Origin: Octopus sinensis
Taxonomy: Eukaryota
Length of the DNA: 64,000 bases
Direction of reading: 5' to 3'
Assembly (NCBI RefSeq): GCF_006345805.1
Contig: NC_043008.1
Coordinates: 62,186,001-62,250,000, forward strand
Part shown: piece after piece, positions 12,067 through 25,126 of the stretch
How the letters are laid out: each line of letters begins with the position of its first letter
How positions within the stretch are numbered: position 1 is the first letter of the stretch
The notes under the pieces: generated by a model
What the model saw: only the letters and a program-made list of their open reading frames with translations
The model's database searches: none
Told to the model about the DNA's origin: nothing
Position numbers and translations under genes: made by a program

Positions 12067-12286
12067 AGTGTGAGAGGAAAGTTAAGTCATAGTTAGTTTA
12101 GATGGGATACAAAATAGAGAGTGAGGTGGAGGAAAGAAAATAGACACAAGATATGTATGGGTATTGAAGTTGTAAATCCATTTTTTAGGCATAATGGTAT
12201 ATATGCAATATTCCAATATCCTATGAGTAATGTCCAAAAGTCCAACTGAGTTTAAAATGAGTCCATCCAAATATAGAGGTTATAAG

Positions 12287-12319
<33 letters not shown>

Positions 12320-13240
12320 CACTATATATATTGCTCACACATATGTATATGTATGTACACATGTTTATATATGACCTAACAACATATAGTTCCATACCCA
12401 CCGAGTGATTCACTGATATTTTTCCATCATAGATTATTGATTCTAAATCTACATATTTTAATGTTGCTTATAATGCTATAAGCTTTTATCTCTCAGTATA
12501 TCCATAGACACCTTTGTATATGAGTGGCAATAATTCTGTATATCTCTCTGTATATGTGGTTAACTCTATTTCTCTGTGTTTACATGTATGTATGATTGAT
12601 TGCATATGAAAATTTTCATTATGTTGGCCAACCTTAATTTATTTCAAATTAAAACATTGCCAACGTAATAAAACCACAAAGTAATATTAAAATTTCTTTT
12701 AAAAAAATCACTTTAGTTATTTATCATCATCTGAATCTTTGAATTTGGCATTAAATAAATTCTTTGTAAACCATAAATCTTATACTTTTAGTTACAGATT
12801 CACACAACAATAGATTTCAAATTGATTTCCCTAATGTTCTTCCTTGTTGATTTCATATATATATATATATGTGTGTGTGTGTTTGTGTGCATGTGTGTGC
12901 ACATATATATGTGTGAGAATGTGTTTGATATTTAAAATACAATATATTCTCATATTAGCCACTTCAGAAATCAGTTTCATACCGGGAGTTGAGATAACCC
13001 TAGTAATCATCAGAAAACTATAAAAGCAATCCATGTCATACTGTTCCTTAAAACCTATTCATTTAAGCCTTTTCTGATTAAAACCAAGGTTATTTCAACA
13101 CCTGCTGCAAAATTAATTGATAAAGTAGTTGATATGGGAATATAATATTTTATTAATAATATTACACCCACTCTATCTCAATTAAGCAATATGTGAGTTC
13201 CTTTTATTGTGACTCATGGATTTTAAAACAATTCTATGCA

Positions 13241-13407
13241 GGAGTGGCTGTGTGGTAAGTAGCTTGCTAACCAACCACATGGTTCCGGGTTCAGTCCCAC
13301 TGCGTGGCACCTTGGGCAAGTGTCTTCTGCTATAGCCCTGGGCCGACCAATGCCTTGTGAGTGGATTTGGTAGATGGAAACTGAAAGAAGCCTGTCGTAT
13401 ATATGTG

Positions 13408-13438
<31 letters not shown>

Positions 13439-13648
13439 TTGTGTGTCTGTGTTTGTTCCCCTAGCATTGCTTGACAACCGATGCTGGTGTGTTTACGTCC
13501 CCGTCACTTAGCGGTTCGGCAAAAGAGACCGATAGAATAAGTACTGGGCTTACAAAGAATAAGTCCCGGGGTTGATTTGCTCGACTAAAGGCGGTGCTCC
13601 AGCATGGCCGCAGTCAAATGACTGAAACAAGTAAAAGAGAGTAAAAAG
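13241..13648 (+). mobile_element. SINE family A, full length, low divergence
   Basis: Complete head, body and tail with many CpGs retained. Confidence 0.93.
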
Positions 13649-13660
13649 AAAGATATATAT

Positions 13661-13712
<52 letters not shown>

Positions 13713-14158
13713 CAAAGTGAAGTTGTAAGGTACTGTGGAAATATATATGAAAGAAGGTTTGAAAACGCAATTTTAAAGATGTTTATTCACTTGACCAGTT
13801 TCACTTTTTTAGAAAAAGATTGTCAAAAGTAAAATGTAAAAGCTTTGTTGTGTTAAGTACTGGTTGTCACAAAATATTACAATACATATATACATTCTTT
13901 GATAATAATAAGAACATGTTAAAAACAGTTTACAAGGAAGAATCTTGAGAAAATATTAAAAAGTTCATTAAAAATATTAGGATTTCATTAAAAATCATGT
14001 TTGTTTGGAAGTATCTATATATATATACAGAGAAAATTATAAGTTCAGAAAGGACATATTTGGTGGTATATATATATATATGTACACAGAAAGAGATATA
14101 TTTTGGAGTTTACAAAGAATTTGAGATGAACTGACCTTTTTTACCATTTTTTCGTTTA

Positions 14159-14361
14159 CTGTAAATAATAATTATAAGGTTAAGCATGTTAGCATTCATT
14201 GCATATTGGCTATAGAAAATAGTCGACCAGTGGGGCATATAAGCTCGCCACAGAAAAAACGTGTATTAGTCAAGAACATATGCACCCTATTATTAGACTA
14301 TTTTCTATTGCCAATATACCATGAATGCTTACAATCTTAAGCTTATTATTATTATTTACAG
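14159..14361. mobile_element. Fold-back MITE-like element (about 200 bp)
   Basis: About 65-bp imperfect arms CTGTAAATAATAATTATAAGGTTAAG...TATAGAAAATAGTC / GACTATTTTCTATTG...TTATTATTATTTACAG. Confidence 0.7.
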
Positions 14362-14997
14362 AATTTTTACTCAACACTGTTTCTTAATTTAACACAGAAT
14401 ATATACACATATATAAGTATATATGTATATATGTATGTGTGTGTGTGTGTGTGTGTGTGTAGGCATTGTTATGACATTCTAATGATTCTTCTAATTGATT
14501 TTTACATTTTGGTACAAGGCTAGCAACTGTAGGGGTTAGTTAAGATTATTATGTAATAAATGGGTCCAAACTGCTACAGAGGAGAGATTAATCTCAGAGC
14601 AACAAAATGAGAAACTACACTACTGATATACTCTTGAAGGTGGAAAGCTAGCAGAACCATTAGCATGCCAGGCAAAATGCTTAGTAGTATTTCATCCATT
14701 TTCATGTTCTGATTTCAAATTCCACTGAGATTGACTTCACTGGTCATTCTTTTGGGGTCAGTAAAATAAGTACCAGTAGGGCACTGGTGTCCATATGGTC
14801 AACTTACAACGTCCTCCAAAATATCTGGCTTTGTGCCAAAAATATGATATCAATATTAAGCTCCTTTTTGTAGTAGTTTCATCATAATTTCGACTAATCC
14901 TTAAGATTGCTGGCTTTGTGCCTAAATATGAAACTTTTTTTAGTGTGGCAAGCTGATAGAATCCTTAATGTGCCAGAGAAATGTTGTACACTATTTC

Positions 14998-15412
14998 TTA
15001 TTTCTTTACTACCCACAAAGGGCTACACATAGAGGAGACAAACAAGGACAGACAAATGAATGAAGTCGATTATATCGACCCCAATGCATAACTGGTACTT
15101 ATTTAATTGACCCTGAAAGGATGAAAGGCAAAGTTGACCTCGGCGGAATTTGAACTCAGAACATAACAGCAGACAAAATACCTATTTCTTTACTGCCCAC
15201 AAGGGGCTAAACACAAAAGGGACAAACAAGGACAGACAAACAGATTAAGACGATTATATCGACCCCAATGCATAACTGGTACTTATTTAATCGACCCCGA
15301 AAGGATGAAAGGCAAAGTTTACCTCGCCGGAATTTGAACTCAGAACGTAACAGCAGACAGAATACTGCTAAGCATTTCGCCCGGCATGCTAACGAGTCTG
15401 CCAGATTGCCAC
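14998..15412 (-). mobile_element. SINE family B, multimeric form (head-core-tail1-core-tail1)
   Basis: Two tandem core+tail units of about 180 bp joined at GAAATAGGTATTTTG (about 15175-15188). Confidence 0.85.
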
Positions 15413-15600
15413 CTTCATACACTATTTCTACCAGTTCTTTACATACTGAGTTCAAATTCCACCAAATTCAAATTTGTTGTTTTTCATTTTGAGCCTATAA
15501 AATGAAGAACCAATCAAGTAATGGAGTCACAGACATTGAATAACATCTCTGTAGATTGCTGGCCATAGGCTTATGTTAAAAACAATTGTTATTTAGTATA

Positions 15601-16397
15601 GTAGCTGAATTACCTGGCATTGCCTTGGTTACTGCTATTCTTATTCAGATTAGTAAACAATAAATATGTAGATATTTTTTTTTCTCATATTTATTTCAAA
15701 ATATCTATATTTTATTTAAAAATATCCAAATTGAAATGATAATAGAATTTAGAACTGAAAATTTGTCAATCTTGAAGCACCTCAGGGTAAACAATATACA
15801 TTGAGTAATTTTTTTGTTGGTGTTCAAATGAATGAATTGTAGCTGCTTCCTACTTGTGAGCAACCAACATAAGCTGAGGGAGGAACCTGTAGCAGAGAAA
15901 GGAATTCCAATCACCTTCAGGGATTGGCCCTGAGATTTGTTAATTGAAATGCCAAAACTTAGTTTGACTGGAAACTGAAGCCTCTTAAATTCAAATGAAA
16001 CATCTGTAGGTATGGGAGGAAATTTTGGAATTAGGACATTTTCTTCTTTGTGACTACCTGTTATGATTGTTGCCTGTAGGACATGGGGCTTCATGAAAGT
16101 AACTATTAAGTGTGTTCCATTACACAGGTGAGGTGGATCAAGATTCTTAAACAACATAATGGGAGCATCCAGCTTTAGGGTCAAATTATGCAGAGGCATC
16201 CCAGTGGGTTTAAGTGTGTTCAGAAATTCAATAGGGTATTGAACAACCTGATCTTGATCAATTGTTGTGTGAATTGATGGAAAAGTCATTTCTGATGCAT
16301 CTGTTAACTTTTGAAGAATTTCATGATTGAGTTTATCAGCCATTTCATTAGTTGGAGTCAGTATAGTTCTTTCACATAGCCAGTTTACACCAGTGTA
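15601..16397 (-). mobile_element. Helitron 3' fragment (Pif1-like helicase C-terminus plus 3' terminus)
   Basis: WLCERTILTPTNEMADKLN...YPIEFLNTLKPTGMPLHNLTLK...LCNGT...KRLQFPVKLSFGISINKSQGQSL, then frameshifted QLYVGCSQVG and NIVYPEVL. Degenerate GGC-AAT-GCC hairpin followed by CTAC|T (CTAG-like end) at 15601-15604. Confidence 0.88.
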
Positions 16398-17680
16398 ATT
16401 GACAATGACTCATACACTCACACACACATATATACACTCACATACATATACTAAGACAGACACACACACAGACATATATTTATGTAATAAACGTGCAAAC
16501 ACACACACACTCAAAGAAACATATAGACCCATATACAAAATGTGTCGTCAAGGTATAAAATGTCCTTTACCATCTCATACGTACTCAATGCACAAACACA
16601 CACACTTACAGACACATACACACTCATATACAAAATGTGTCGTCATCATGGTCATCGTGGTATAAAATGTCCTTTACTATATTGTACGTAACAAATGTGC
16701 AAGCAAACACACACACTCACAGAAACATCCACTTTCATACACAAAACATGATGTTGTCACCATCGTGGTGGTAGTATAAAATGTCCTATATTACAGTTGA
16801 TTGTAGAAAGATTATTTTAGAAAAAATATTGTTTTAATCCAAATGAAAATAAAAATTACATGTTGACTCTTGCAGTGTCTAATACTATTACCTTGTAAAA
16901 TTTGATTTCATTTGGTGGAGCCAGTTGAGAATGCATACAGAACAGACAGACAAACTGATGAATAATTTTATATAGAGGTAAGAGTGGTTAATTAACTGAA
17001 TATTATGCTATTAGACAATTTTTGAGCTTTTAAGCTAGAGTCCCACAACCAGATTCAATTTAATGTCCTATGCAAATGATTATTGCAAATGGAAACCAGA
17101 TATATAAGATTCTCAAAGCAATAGAGATATTGTTAGAGAAAATTGTTATGAATAGAAAATTGATACCAAGTATGGTAGGTTTCAGGATAACCAGCTGTGA
17201 TATCAGTAATCAATATTCCATAAATAGCTAACTCTTATGCTTGCAGCCATGACACAATTCATGAGGTATATATATGAATATATATATATGTGCAAAGGAA
17301 TTAGATCAGTAGCAGTCCTATATACTTGCAGTAGTTTTGCTTCAGTCTTTGATTGTTAGAGAAATCCCATGTTACTTTCTGCAAATACTATTTCCAAGTT
17401 TGTATTGAAATGATCCCAATTATTGCTGATGCAGCTTAGCAAAATCCTAGTACAATAGATTTCATGTCAATGCGTTTCTATGACCTATGTCTGAGACAAA
17501 CAGATTAAACACTGTTTTTAAATCCCCACACCTAAATCACTGACAATATATGCAGTGTAAGAAGGACATTAAGAATGCAGCTGGCCAACAGAGAACAGCA
17601 CATATATGCCTCACACAAGTAGAAGCTCTTTGTATGTGTGTATGTGTGTGTGTGTGCTTATACAAATATATATATGTGTA

Positions 17681-18115
17681 GGAGTGGCTGTGTGGTAAGT
17701 AGCTTGTTTACCAATCACATGGTTCCAAGTTCAGTCCCACTGTGTGGCACCTTGGGCAAGTGTCTTCTACTATAGCCTCGGGTCGACCAAAGCCTTGTGA
17801 GTGGATTTTGTAGACAGAAACTGAAAGAAGCCCGTCATATATATGTATATACATATATACATGTGTGTGTGTGTGTGTCCGTGTGTGTGTGTATGTTTGT
17901 GTGTCTGTGTTTGTCCCCACCAACATCGTTTGACAACCAATGCTGGTGTGTTTCCGTCCCCGTAACTTAGCGCTTTGGCAAAAGAGACCGATAGAATAAT
18001 TACTAGGCTTACAAAGAATAAGTCCATGGGGTCAATTTGCTCGACTAAAGGTGGTGCTCCAGCATGGCCACAGTCAAATGACTGAAACAAGTAAAAGAGT
18101 AAAAAGTGTAAAGAG
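17681..18115 (+). mobile_element. SINE family A, full length
   Basis: Complete head, body and tail. Confidence 0.92.
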
Positions 18116-18149
18116 TGTGTATGTATATATATATGTATATATATAAAAA

Positions 18150-18380
18150 AGGCGGTGAGCTGGCAGAAACGTTAGCATGCCGGGCGAAATGCGTAGCCGT
18201 ATTTCGTCTGTCGTTACGTTATGAGTTCAAATTCCGCCGAGGTCGACTTTGCCTTTCATCCTTTCGGGGTCGATAAATTAAGTACCAGTTAAGCACTGGG
18301 GTCGATGTAATCGCCTTAATCCGTTTGTCTGTCCTTGTTTGTCCCCTCTATGTTTAGCCCCTTGTGGGTAATAAAGAAAC
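18150..18380 (+). mobile_element. SINE family B, monomer, low divergence
   Basis: GGCGGTGAGCTGGCAGAAACGTTAGC head, B-box GAGTTCAAATTCC, core, tail1 ending TAATAAAGAAA. Confidence 0.9.
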
Positions 18381-18407
18381 ATATATATACATGTATATAT
18401 ATATATG

Positions 18408-18450
<43 letters not shown>

Positions 18451-18453
18451 ATG

Positions 18454-18522
<69 letters not shown>

Positions 18523-18523
<1 letters not shown>

Positions 18524-18960
18524 TCATAAGCCTGCATATAAACACAGATGCTGCAGTCATGTAGCAGAGTGTTATAGCACTTAAGCTGTCTTATGTAGTT
18601 TTGCATGTAACAGCATCATAACAAATTTATTTACAATGACAAAATTTAAAAAGATCAGATAGTTACAGGCTTTGCATACTCAAATGTGAGGTGAGCTGTG
18701 AATAGAGAGTGTGTGTGAGTGTTTGTATATGTGGATGTGTACATATGTACAAGTTAGTACTTGCTGTATCATCCAAGCTTAAGGCAAGGCTTGGTAGATA
18801 AGTGTCAAGAGGTTTTTACATTCTTTTATTCTTCTATTCTTTTGCTTGTTTCAATCATTTGACTGTAGCCATGCTGGAGCGCTGCCTTTAGTCGAAGAAA
18901 TCAACCCCAGGACTTATTCTTTGTAAGTGTAGTCCTTATTCTATTGGTGTCTTATGTATG

Positions 18961-19013
<53 letters not shown>

Positions 19014-19452
19014 TAAGCCTGCATATAAACACAGATGCTGCAGTCATGTAGCAGAGTGTTATAGCACTTAAGCTGTCTTATGTAGTTTTGCATGTAACAG
19101 CATCATAACAAATTTATTTACAATGACAAAATTTAAAAAGATCAGATAGTTACAGGCTTTGCATACTCAAATGTGAGGTGAGCTGTGAATAGAGAGTGTG
19201 TGTGAGTGTTTGTATATGTGGATGTGTACATATGTACAAGTTAGTACTTGCTGTATCATCCAAGCTTAGGGCAAGGCTTGGTAGATAAGTGTCAAGAGGT
19301 TTTTACATTCTTTTATTCTTCTATTCTTTTGCTTGTTTCAATCATTTGACTGTAGCCATGCTGGAGCGCTGCCTTTAGTCGAAGAAATCAACCCCAGGAC
19401 TTATTCTTTGTAAGTGTAGTCCTTATTCTATTGGTGTCTTATGTATGTATAT
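18523..19452. repeat. Tandem duplication, 487-bp period, bounded by (TA)n tracts
   Basis: 18523-18965 vs 19010-19452; one substitution seen (CTTAAGG vs CTTAGGG). Confidence 0.95.
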
Positions 19453-19453
19453 T

Positions 19454-19486
<33 letters not shown>

Positions 19487-19502
19487 ATGTATTTATGTAT
19501 AC

Positions 19503-19662
19503 AGCAGGTTTCTTTCAGTTTCTGTCTACCAAATCTGCTCACAAGGCTTTGGTCAGCCCAAGGCTATAGTAGAAGACACTTGCCCAAAGTACCATGCAGT
19601 GGGACTGAACCTGGAATCATGTAGTTGGTAAGCAAGCTTCTTATCACACACCCATTCCTGCA
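19503..19662 (-). mobile_element. SINE family A, 5' half
   Basis: Reverse complement of head and body. Confidence 0.85.
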
Positions 19663-21519
19663 CCTAAAATTTAATTATTTTTTTTCTAAAAACGTGGAAC
19701 AGGAAACAAATCCATCTAGTAGTAATTAGATGTCCATATTATTTGTAGAAATAAATAAGGGTTGATATCCTCTCTTTAAACCGTTGAGAGGCAGTGGGTA
19801 AAAAAAGCCATGTCATATCTTCTTAATAATTTGTTTACGTCACCTTTAGATCTGAGCTGTTGTCTGATTATTGGAAGCTGGTGTATGACAATCTGATCAA
19901 TATTAAATCCTTATACAGTGACATTCACAACTTTTATAATGAGTTTCTTACAGAAGTACAAGGGAAACCATAATAATCTTCATACAGAATGCATTTTGCA
20001 ACATTTAAAAACTCCCTTATTGATAAAGTTAATGTTGTGAATGAAGGTATTGGTTGGAGGAATACTGGTGGTGATTAATCTCCAAATCCAAAGTCTTTCC
20101 ATGTTCAGTTGAAATAATATTTCGAGATGAAAGAAAATCAAATAACAAAGAATTATATAAACAAATAAATGAATATTTAAATAAACAAATTTCCAATTTA
20201 TTTCAACAAAATCTCAAACAAGCAAAAATACTTTTTGAATAAAACACAATAAGTGTTGTTAAAAGTTTAAAAGCAAGAATTCTTCTTTGAAGAATTTTTC
20301 TTTTTTAAACTTTTAGCAGACAGAATTGTGAAAGAAAATGCTAAAATTGTAATGTTTCTTTTATAATTTCAAGGATAGAAACCGTGCATTTTTATATTTC
20401 ATTTTATATAATTTTTTTTTTTCATCTTTAAGTACCTTGAGAAGTTTTAAAATTGTATTTAATCCATTGACCTAAAGCTTATGTTGCTTCTGTTTGTAGT
20501 CTTGAGTTTTGTGTAGATCACAGCTCTTGGTAAATTTTATAGTATTTCAGATTTGTTTTGTTAAATTTTTGCAATTTTATTTAGCTTAGCTTCAGCTGAA
20601 AATGCGATTTAATCTTTTCCATTTTCTTATCGTATGGTGTTCTGATTATGTTTGTTGATATGATGTATGTATCTTGAGTGAAAATTCTCTCAATAATTTT
20701 TAAAACAGTAAACAACTTCAGCTGTTTTAGTAACATATGTTATTGTCTTGTATGTTCTTGATAAATTACTAAATATATTTGCAGTCTGCTTTTTATCCTC
20801 GGTTTTTAAAGAATATAAAACAATATTTATATTTAGAACAACATTTTTGACTACTTCAAATATGTAAAATTTTCTGAGAAGATATATCAAAGTAGAAATT
20901 CTATAAATGTTTCTCTAAGATGGGAAACATGATTATGATGATGATGATGATGATGATGATAACAATAATAATTCTTTCTAATTTTGGCACTAAAGCCAGG
21001 TATGCTGTAAGGAGGCGAAGCTGATTACACCAACTTCAGCTCTAAACCGTTACTCATATTATTGGTATGAAATGAAAAAGGCAAAATGAACCTTGATACA
21101 GATTGAACTCAGAACGTATGGATCTATATAGAATGCTGCTAAGTATTTTGTTTAGTATGTGAACGATTTAACCAACTCATCACTTTATGATGGCTTGAAA
21201 TTTTGGCATGAGGCCAGATATGTATGGGGAAGGAGACAGATTACTTACAGCAAATCAAGGACATGACAGATACTTTATTTTGGTGAACCTGGAGTGATGG
21301 AAGCCAAATTGAATGTTAATTATTTTTGAACTCTGAATGTAAAGAGTCAGGAGAAATGCCACAAAGCATTTTTGCCTCCTGTGCTAACAACACTGCCAGC
21401 TCGCTGCCTTAACAACAACAACAACAACAACATTACCATGATAGGGTAGGACAATATTGACATTTAAAAATATGTGAACACTACAAAATCAGCACTCCGG
21501 ATTATGGATATGAACATTG

Positions 21520-22070
21520 TCCTGAGCCAGTTGCTGAAGGTAAGAATATTACCATCCTCTAGAATTTTTCAATCAACACAGACAGAATGAGCCAGGCTAA
21601 TCGACCAGACAGAGTCATTAAGGACAGGGAAGAAAATATTTGTAGACTAATAGATGTAGGTGTTCCCTCAGATAAAAATAGATCTGTAAAGGGATTTGAC
21701 AAATTAAATAATATAAGGACTTGGAAATTGAAATACAAAAGATGTGGCATCTTAAATCGAGAACTGTTCCTGTTATTGTAGACACCATAGGTATGATAAG
21801 AAAGGGATGTAAGAAACATCTGGATAACATCCCAGAAGAACCATGTCTCAGAGAAATCTAAAAGATTGTGCTGACAAGTTGTGCCCGCATCCATGAAAAA
21901 AATATCAATTTAAATGTCTGTATTGTATTACATGAAAATATTTTGCTGCTTCCCCTGCCACTTCCCCTCCCCAAGCTTTCAGTCATACTGTAACATCTCC
22001 TATCCTTCACTCACCCTAGGATGCCGGGTGTGTCTCAGCAAGTGATTGTAACAAATATGCAGATTAAAAG

Positions 22071-22073
<3 letters not shown>
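21520..22073 (+). mobile_element. R4/Dong-like non-LTR retrotransposon 3' fragment (restriction-like endonuclease) ending in (AAT)n
   Basis: IL*NFSINTDRMSQANRPDRVIKDREENICRLIDVGVPSDKN, then frameshifted KYKDLEIEIQKMWHLKSRTVPVIVDTIG. The RPD..ID motif fits a REL endonuclease; the 3' UTR is followed by (AAT)n. Confidence 0.78.
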
Positions 22074-22112
<39 letters not shown>

Positions 22113-22344
22113 GCCCTGATGCAGTACCAGGCAGGGGCACTCATGGTTTCTAATCTTAACTGATTGGAAGTGTTATCATTTGCATTGATTTGTCTTGGTA
22201 TAAAAGATGGTCTACAGCAGATACTCTGCTCAATACCACAGATTTGCTTCTCAGTTTACATACCTGTTCTCACTTATAGTCATGATAAATGATAGATAAA
22301 GATCCTTCCTGTGTCCATACAGACTCATAGGGCTAGTTTCCTGT

Positions 22345-22545
22345 TTTCTGTTTTGTATATATTCCCCTCCTGGATGTGATGCCAGTCCATCGCATGATTA
22401 CTCATTTTTTCTGGCTGAGTATACTGGAGCAACATGAAGTGAAGTGTTTCGCTCAAGAACGCAACACGTCATCCTGCCCAGGAATCGAAACCACAGTTTT
22501 ATGATCATGAGTCCAACACCCTAAGCACTAAGCCATGTGCCTCTA
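22345..22545 (-). mobile_element. SINE family D, diverged
   Basis: Matches 40882-41136. Confidence 0.75.
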
Positions 22546-22577
22546 CAGTCATGAATGTCGGATAATGATCAAAAGAG

Positions 22578-22995
22578 TACTCTCTTTACTCTTTACTCTT
22601 TTACTTGTTTCAGTCATTTGACTGTGGCCATGCTGGAGCACCGCCTTTAGTTGAGCAAATCGACCCCAGGACTTATTCTTTGTAAGCCTAGTACTTATTC
22701 TGTTGGTCTCTTTTGCCAAACTGCTAAGTTACAGGGATGTAAACACACCAGCACTGGATGTCAAACGATGTTGAGAGGGGGGACAAACACAGACACATAA
22801 ACATATACACACACATACATATATATATATATACATATATACAACAGGCTTCTTTCAGTTTCCATCTACCAATCCACTCACAAGGCTTTGGTCAGCCCGA
22901 GGCTATAGTAGAAAACACTTGCCCAAGGTGCCACACAGTTGGACTGAACCCAGAACCATGTGGTTAGTAAGCAAGCTACTTACCACACAGCCACA
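22578..22995 (-). mobile_element. SINE family A, full length
   Basis: Reverse complement of the complete element. Confidence 0.92.
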
Positions 22996-25040
22996 CCGAT
23001 CACAAATGCAAGTGACCAAACTGAGATTCCTCTTAAAGGATCTCTGAAATAACATTACTCAGCAGGGAGCATAAATCAGAGACCAGAGCGTCTCTGCAGA
23101 CCAAGCCACAACTTCCCCTTATTGAGCTGTCATAGTTCTGGTATTATGAACATGTGATTAGAATATCATTGGAGAGAATCAATCACAATTTGTTGTCTTC
23201 AAATTGAACAAGCTGGTAGGAAATCTGGGACGGAGCAAGAACGAGATGGGTTTATAATATCTCTAGTCTCAGTAGGTCGTGTTTGGGAATCCACTTGGAA
23301 AATGTAATGGCAGTTGCTTATGAAAGGATCCTAAGGAGGGGTTCCCTGAGGACTCTAACTACATGATGTTCCTAGGTCTGGGTTGAGAAAAATCTATACT
23401 TAATCAAATTCAATAAAGACATTTTAAAATTTATAAAGAAGATAATACATTGGTAAAATCATTAGAATGTTAAACAGAATGTGAAATTGTATTGATTTCA
23501 GATCTTGGTGGCTGATGATGAGAATGATGATATTGACAATGACAATAACGGTGGTAGTGATGATGGTGGTGGTGGTGGTGGTGGCGATGACAGTGGGGGT
23601 CGCAGTGATGGTAGTGGTGGCAGTGGTGGTGTTGGTGGTGGTGCTAGTGATGGTGATGGTGATTTGGTTGTGGTGGTGGAGGTGGTGGTGTCAGTGGTGT
23701 GACGCTGATGGTGGTAATGATGATGTTAGTAGTGAAGATGTCGGAGGTGGTTTCAAATCCCAGTGAAGTCAGCTTTGCCTTTTGTTCTTCCAGTAAAATT
23801 TTATAGATCTCTCCAGGTTCCACAAAGTGCATTCCACCATGTGAATGATCAACCAAACAACCATCACATTGAATTAGTCTGTAAACGACCAAGTCTTCCT
23901 CAGTCATTTCAATGTATTCCTCAAGCAGAATTAGTATGACAAGAGCCTGCCTTTAAATTACAAGTACTATCCATCCAATAGGCTCCCTGAAGGCACTTGT
24001 CTATACAATCTCACTCACAAAGAAATAGTTGCTGTCGGCTTGTCCATAAAACAGATGGCATGAATTTACTTAATTACCCATAGCAAGTCCTTTCTGGATG
24101 TAACCAAAAAGAATGAAATGAAATGTAAATAAAGAATTGTACTTTTGTATTGCTTCATGATACAAAGTGTTTATTTTTAGCATTACACTTGGTCAATGAG
24201 CAATCATCAGTTTTCAATGCTAGTGTAGCTTCAGATTATTAATATAGTTTGTTGTTATTTCTGCTGATGTTGTTGCTGTTGTTGTTGTTGTTGTTGTTTT
24301 TATTGGTGGCTTTATGTAGGTCTTGATTGAATGGAACCAGGATCAAAAGTGTTCTATCCATGCCAATCTTTTAAAGTTGTCAAAGACTCTATCAGACTCT
24401 AGCTGCTTTTATGATGAAAGGATATAATTTTAGAAATATCTGAATGCTATCTCCAGCCATACATTGTCATTATGATCATTTGTTTGCTTGTAATAGCAAC
24501 AGGTCAATTTTAATCAAGCAGTTATATGATCAAAGACACTCCAGCCTGGCTCATCCTGTTTTTTTTTAAAGTTATTCAAGAGAACTGCATAATCTATGTC
24601 CTCTTTCTCTTCTTAAGATGTGTGATTTAATTGATATTTACCTGATATATATTGCAAGTTGAGCAGCTATTTATAGGTACCTGTTTTGACAGATCATCAT
24701 GGTAGGCTGTTGTATTTAATCCCATGTCAATGAGATCAGTGAGACACCTGTGATCAAAGGTGCTCATGCTATCATGTTTGATAACATTTGAATAATATTT
24801 TTTTTATTGGTAGCAACTTCTCACATAAATTGGTGCTCATAAGAGTTATTTACTTTAATTATAGTGGCTGGATGCCCTTTCGTTTGCCAGCTATTTCACA
24901 CATAGTGCTGGGTTTGTTTTCCCCTGCCACCAGCACTAAAGTGTTTGGTAAGTCCTCGGTGAGACAGAAAAAAAAGAAAATTCAACACTCTGTACTTTCT
25001 CCACTAAACAGAAAAAGAGAAAGAGAAAGTTATAGAGACT

Positions 25041-25042
<2 letters not shown>

Positions 25043-25122
<80 letters not shown>
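25043..25122. repeat. (AG)n microsatellite
   Basis: Direct reading. Confidence 0.97.

Positions 25123-25126
<4 letters not shown>

Noticed and set aside
17372-17443. Possible minus-strand exon ILLSCISNNWDHFNTNLEIVFAE
   Set aside because: Weak donor, short frame and no homology recognised.
22112-22200. Possible HDV-like ribozyme at a retroelement 5' end after (AAT)n
   Set aside because: I could not fit the nested double pseudoknot, and a minus-strand LINE-tail reading is simpler.
23644-23907. ORF MTEEDLVVYRLIQCDGCLVDHS...
   Set aside because: No recognisable motif or convincing splice sites, and it runs into a trinucleotide repeat.
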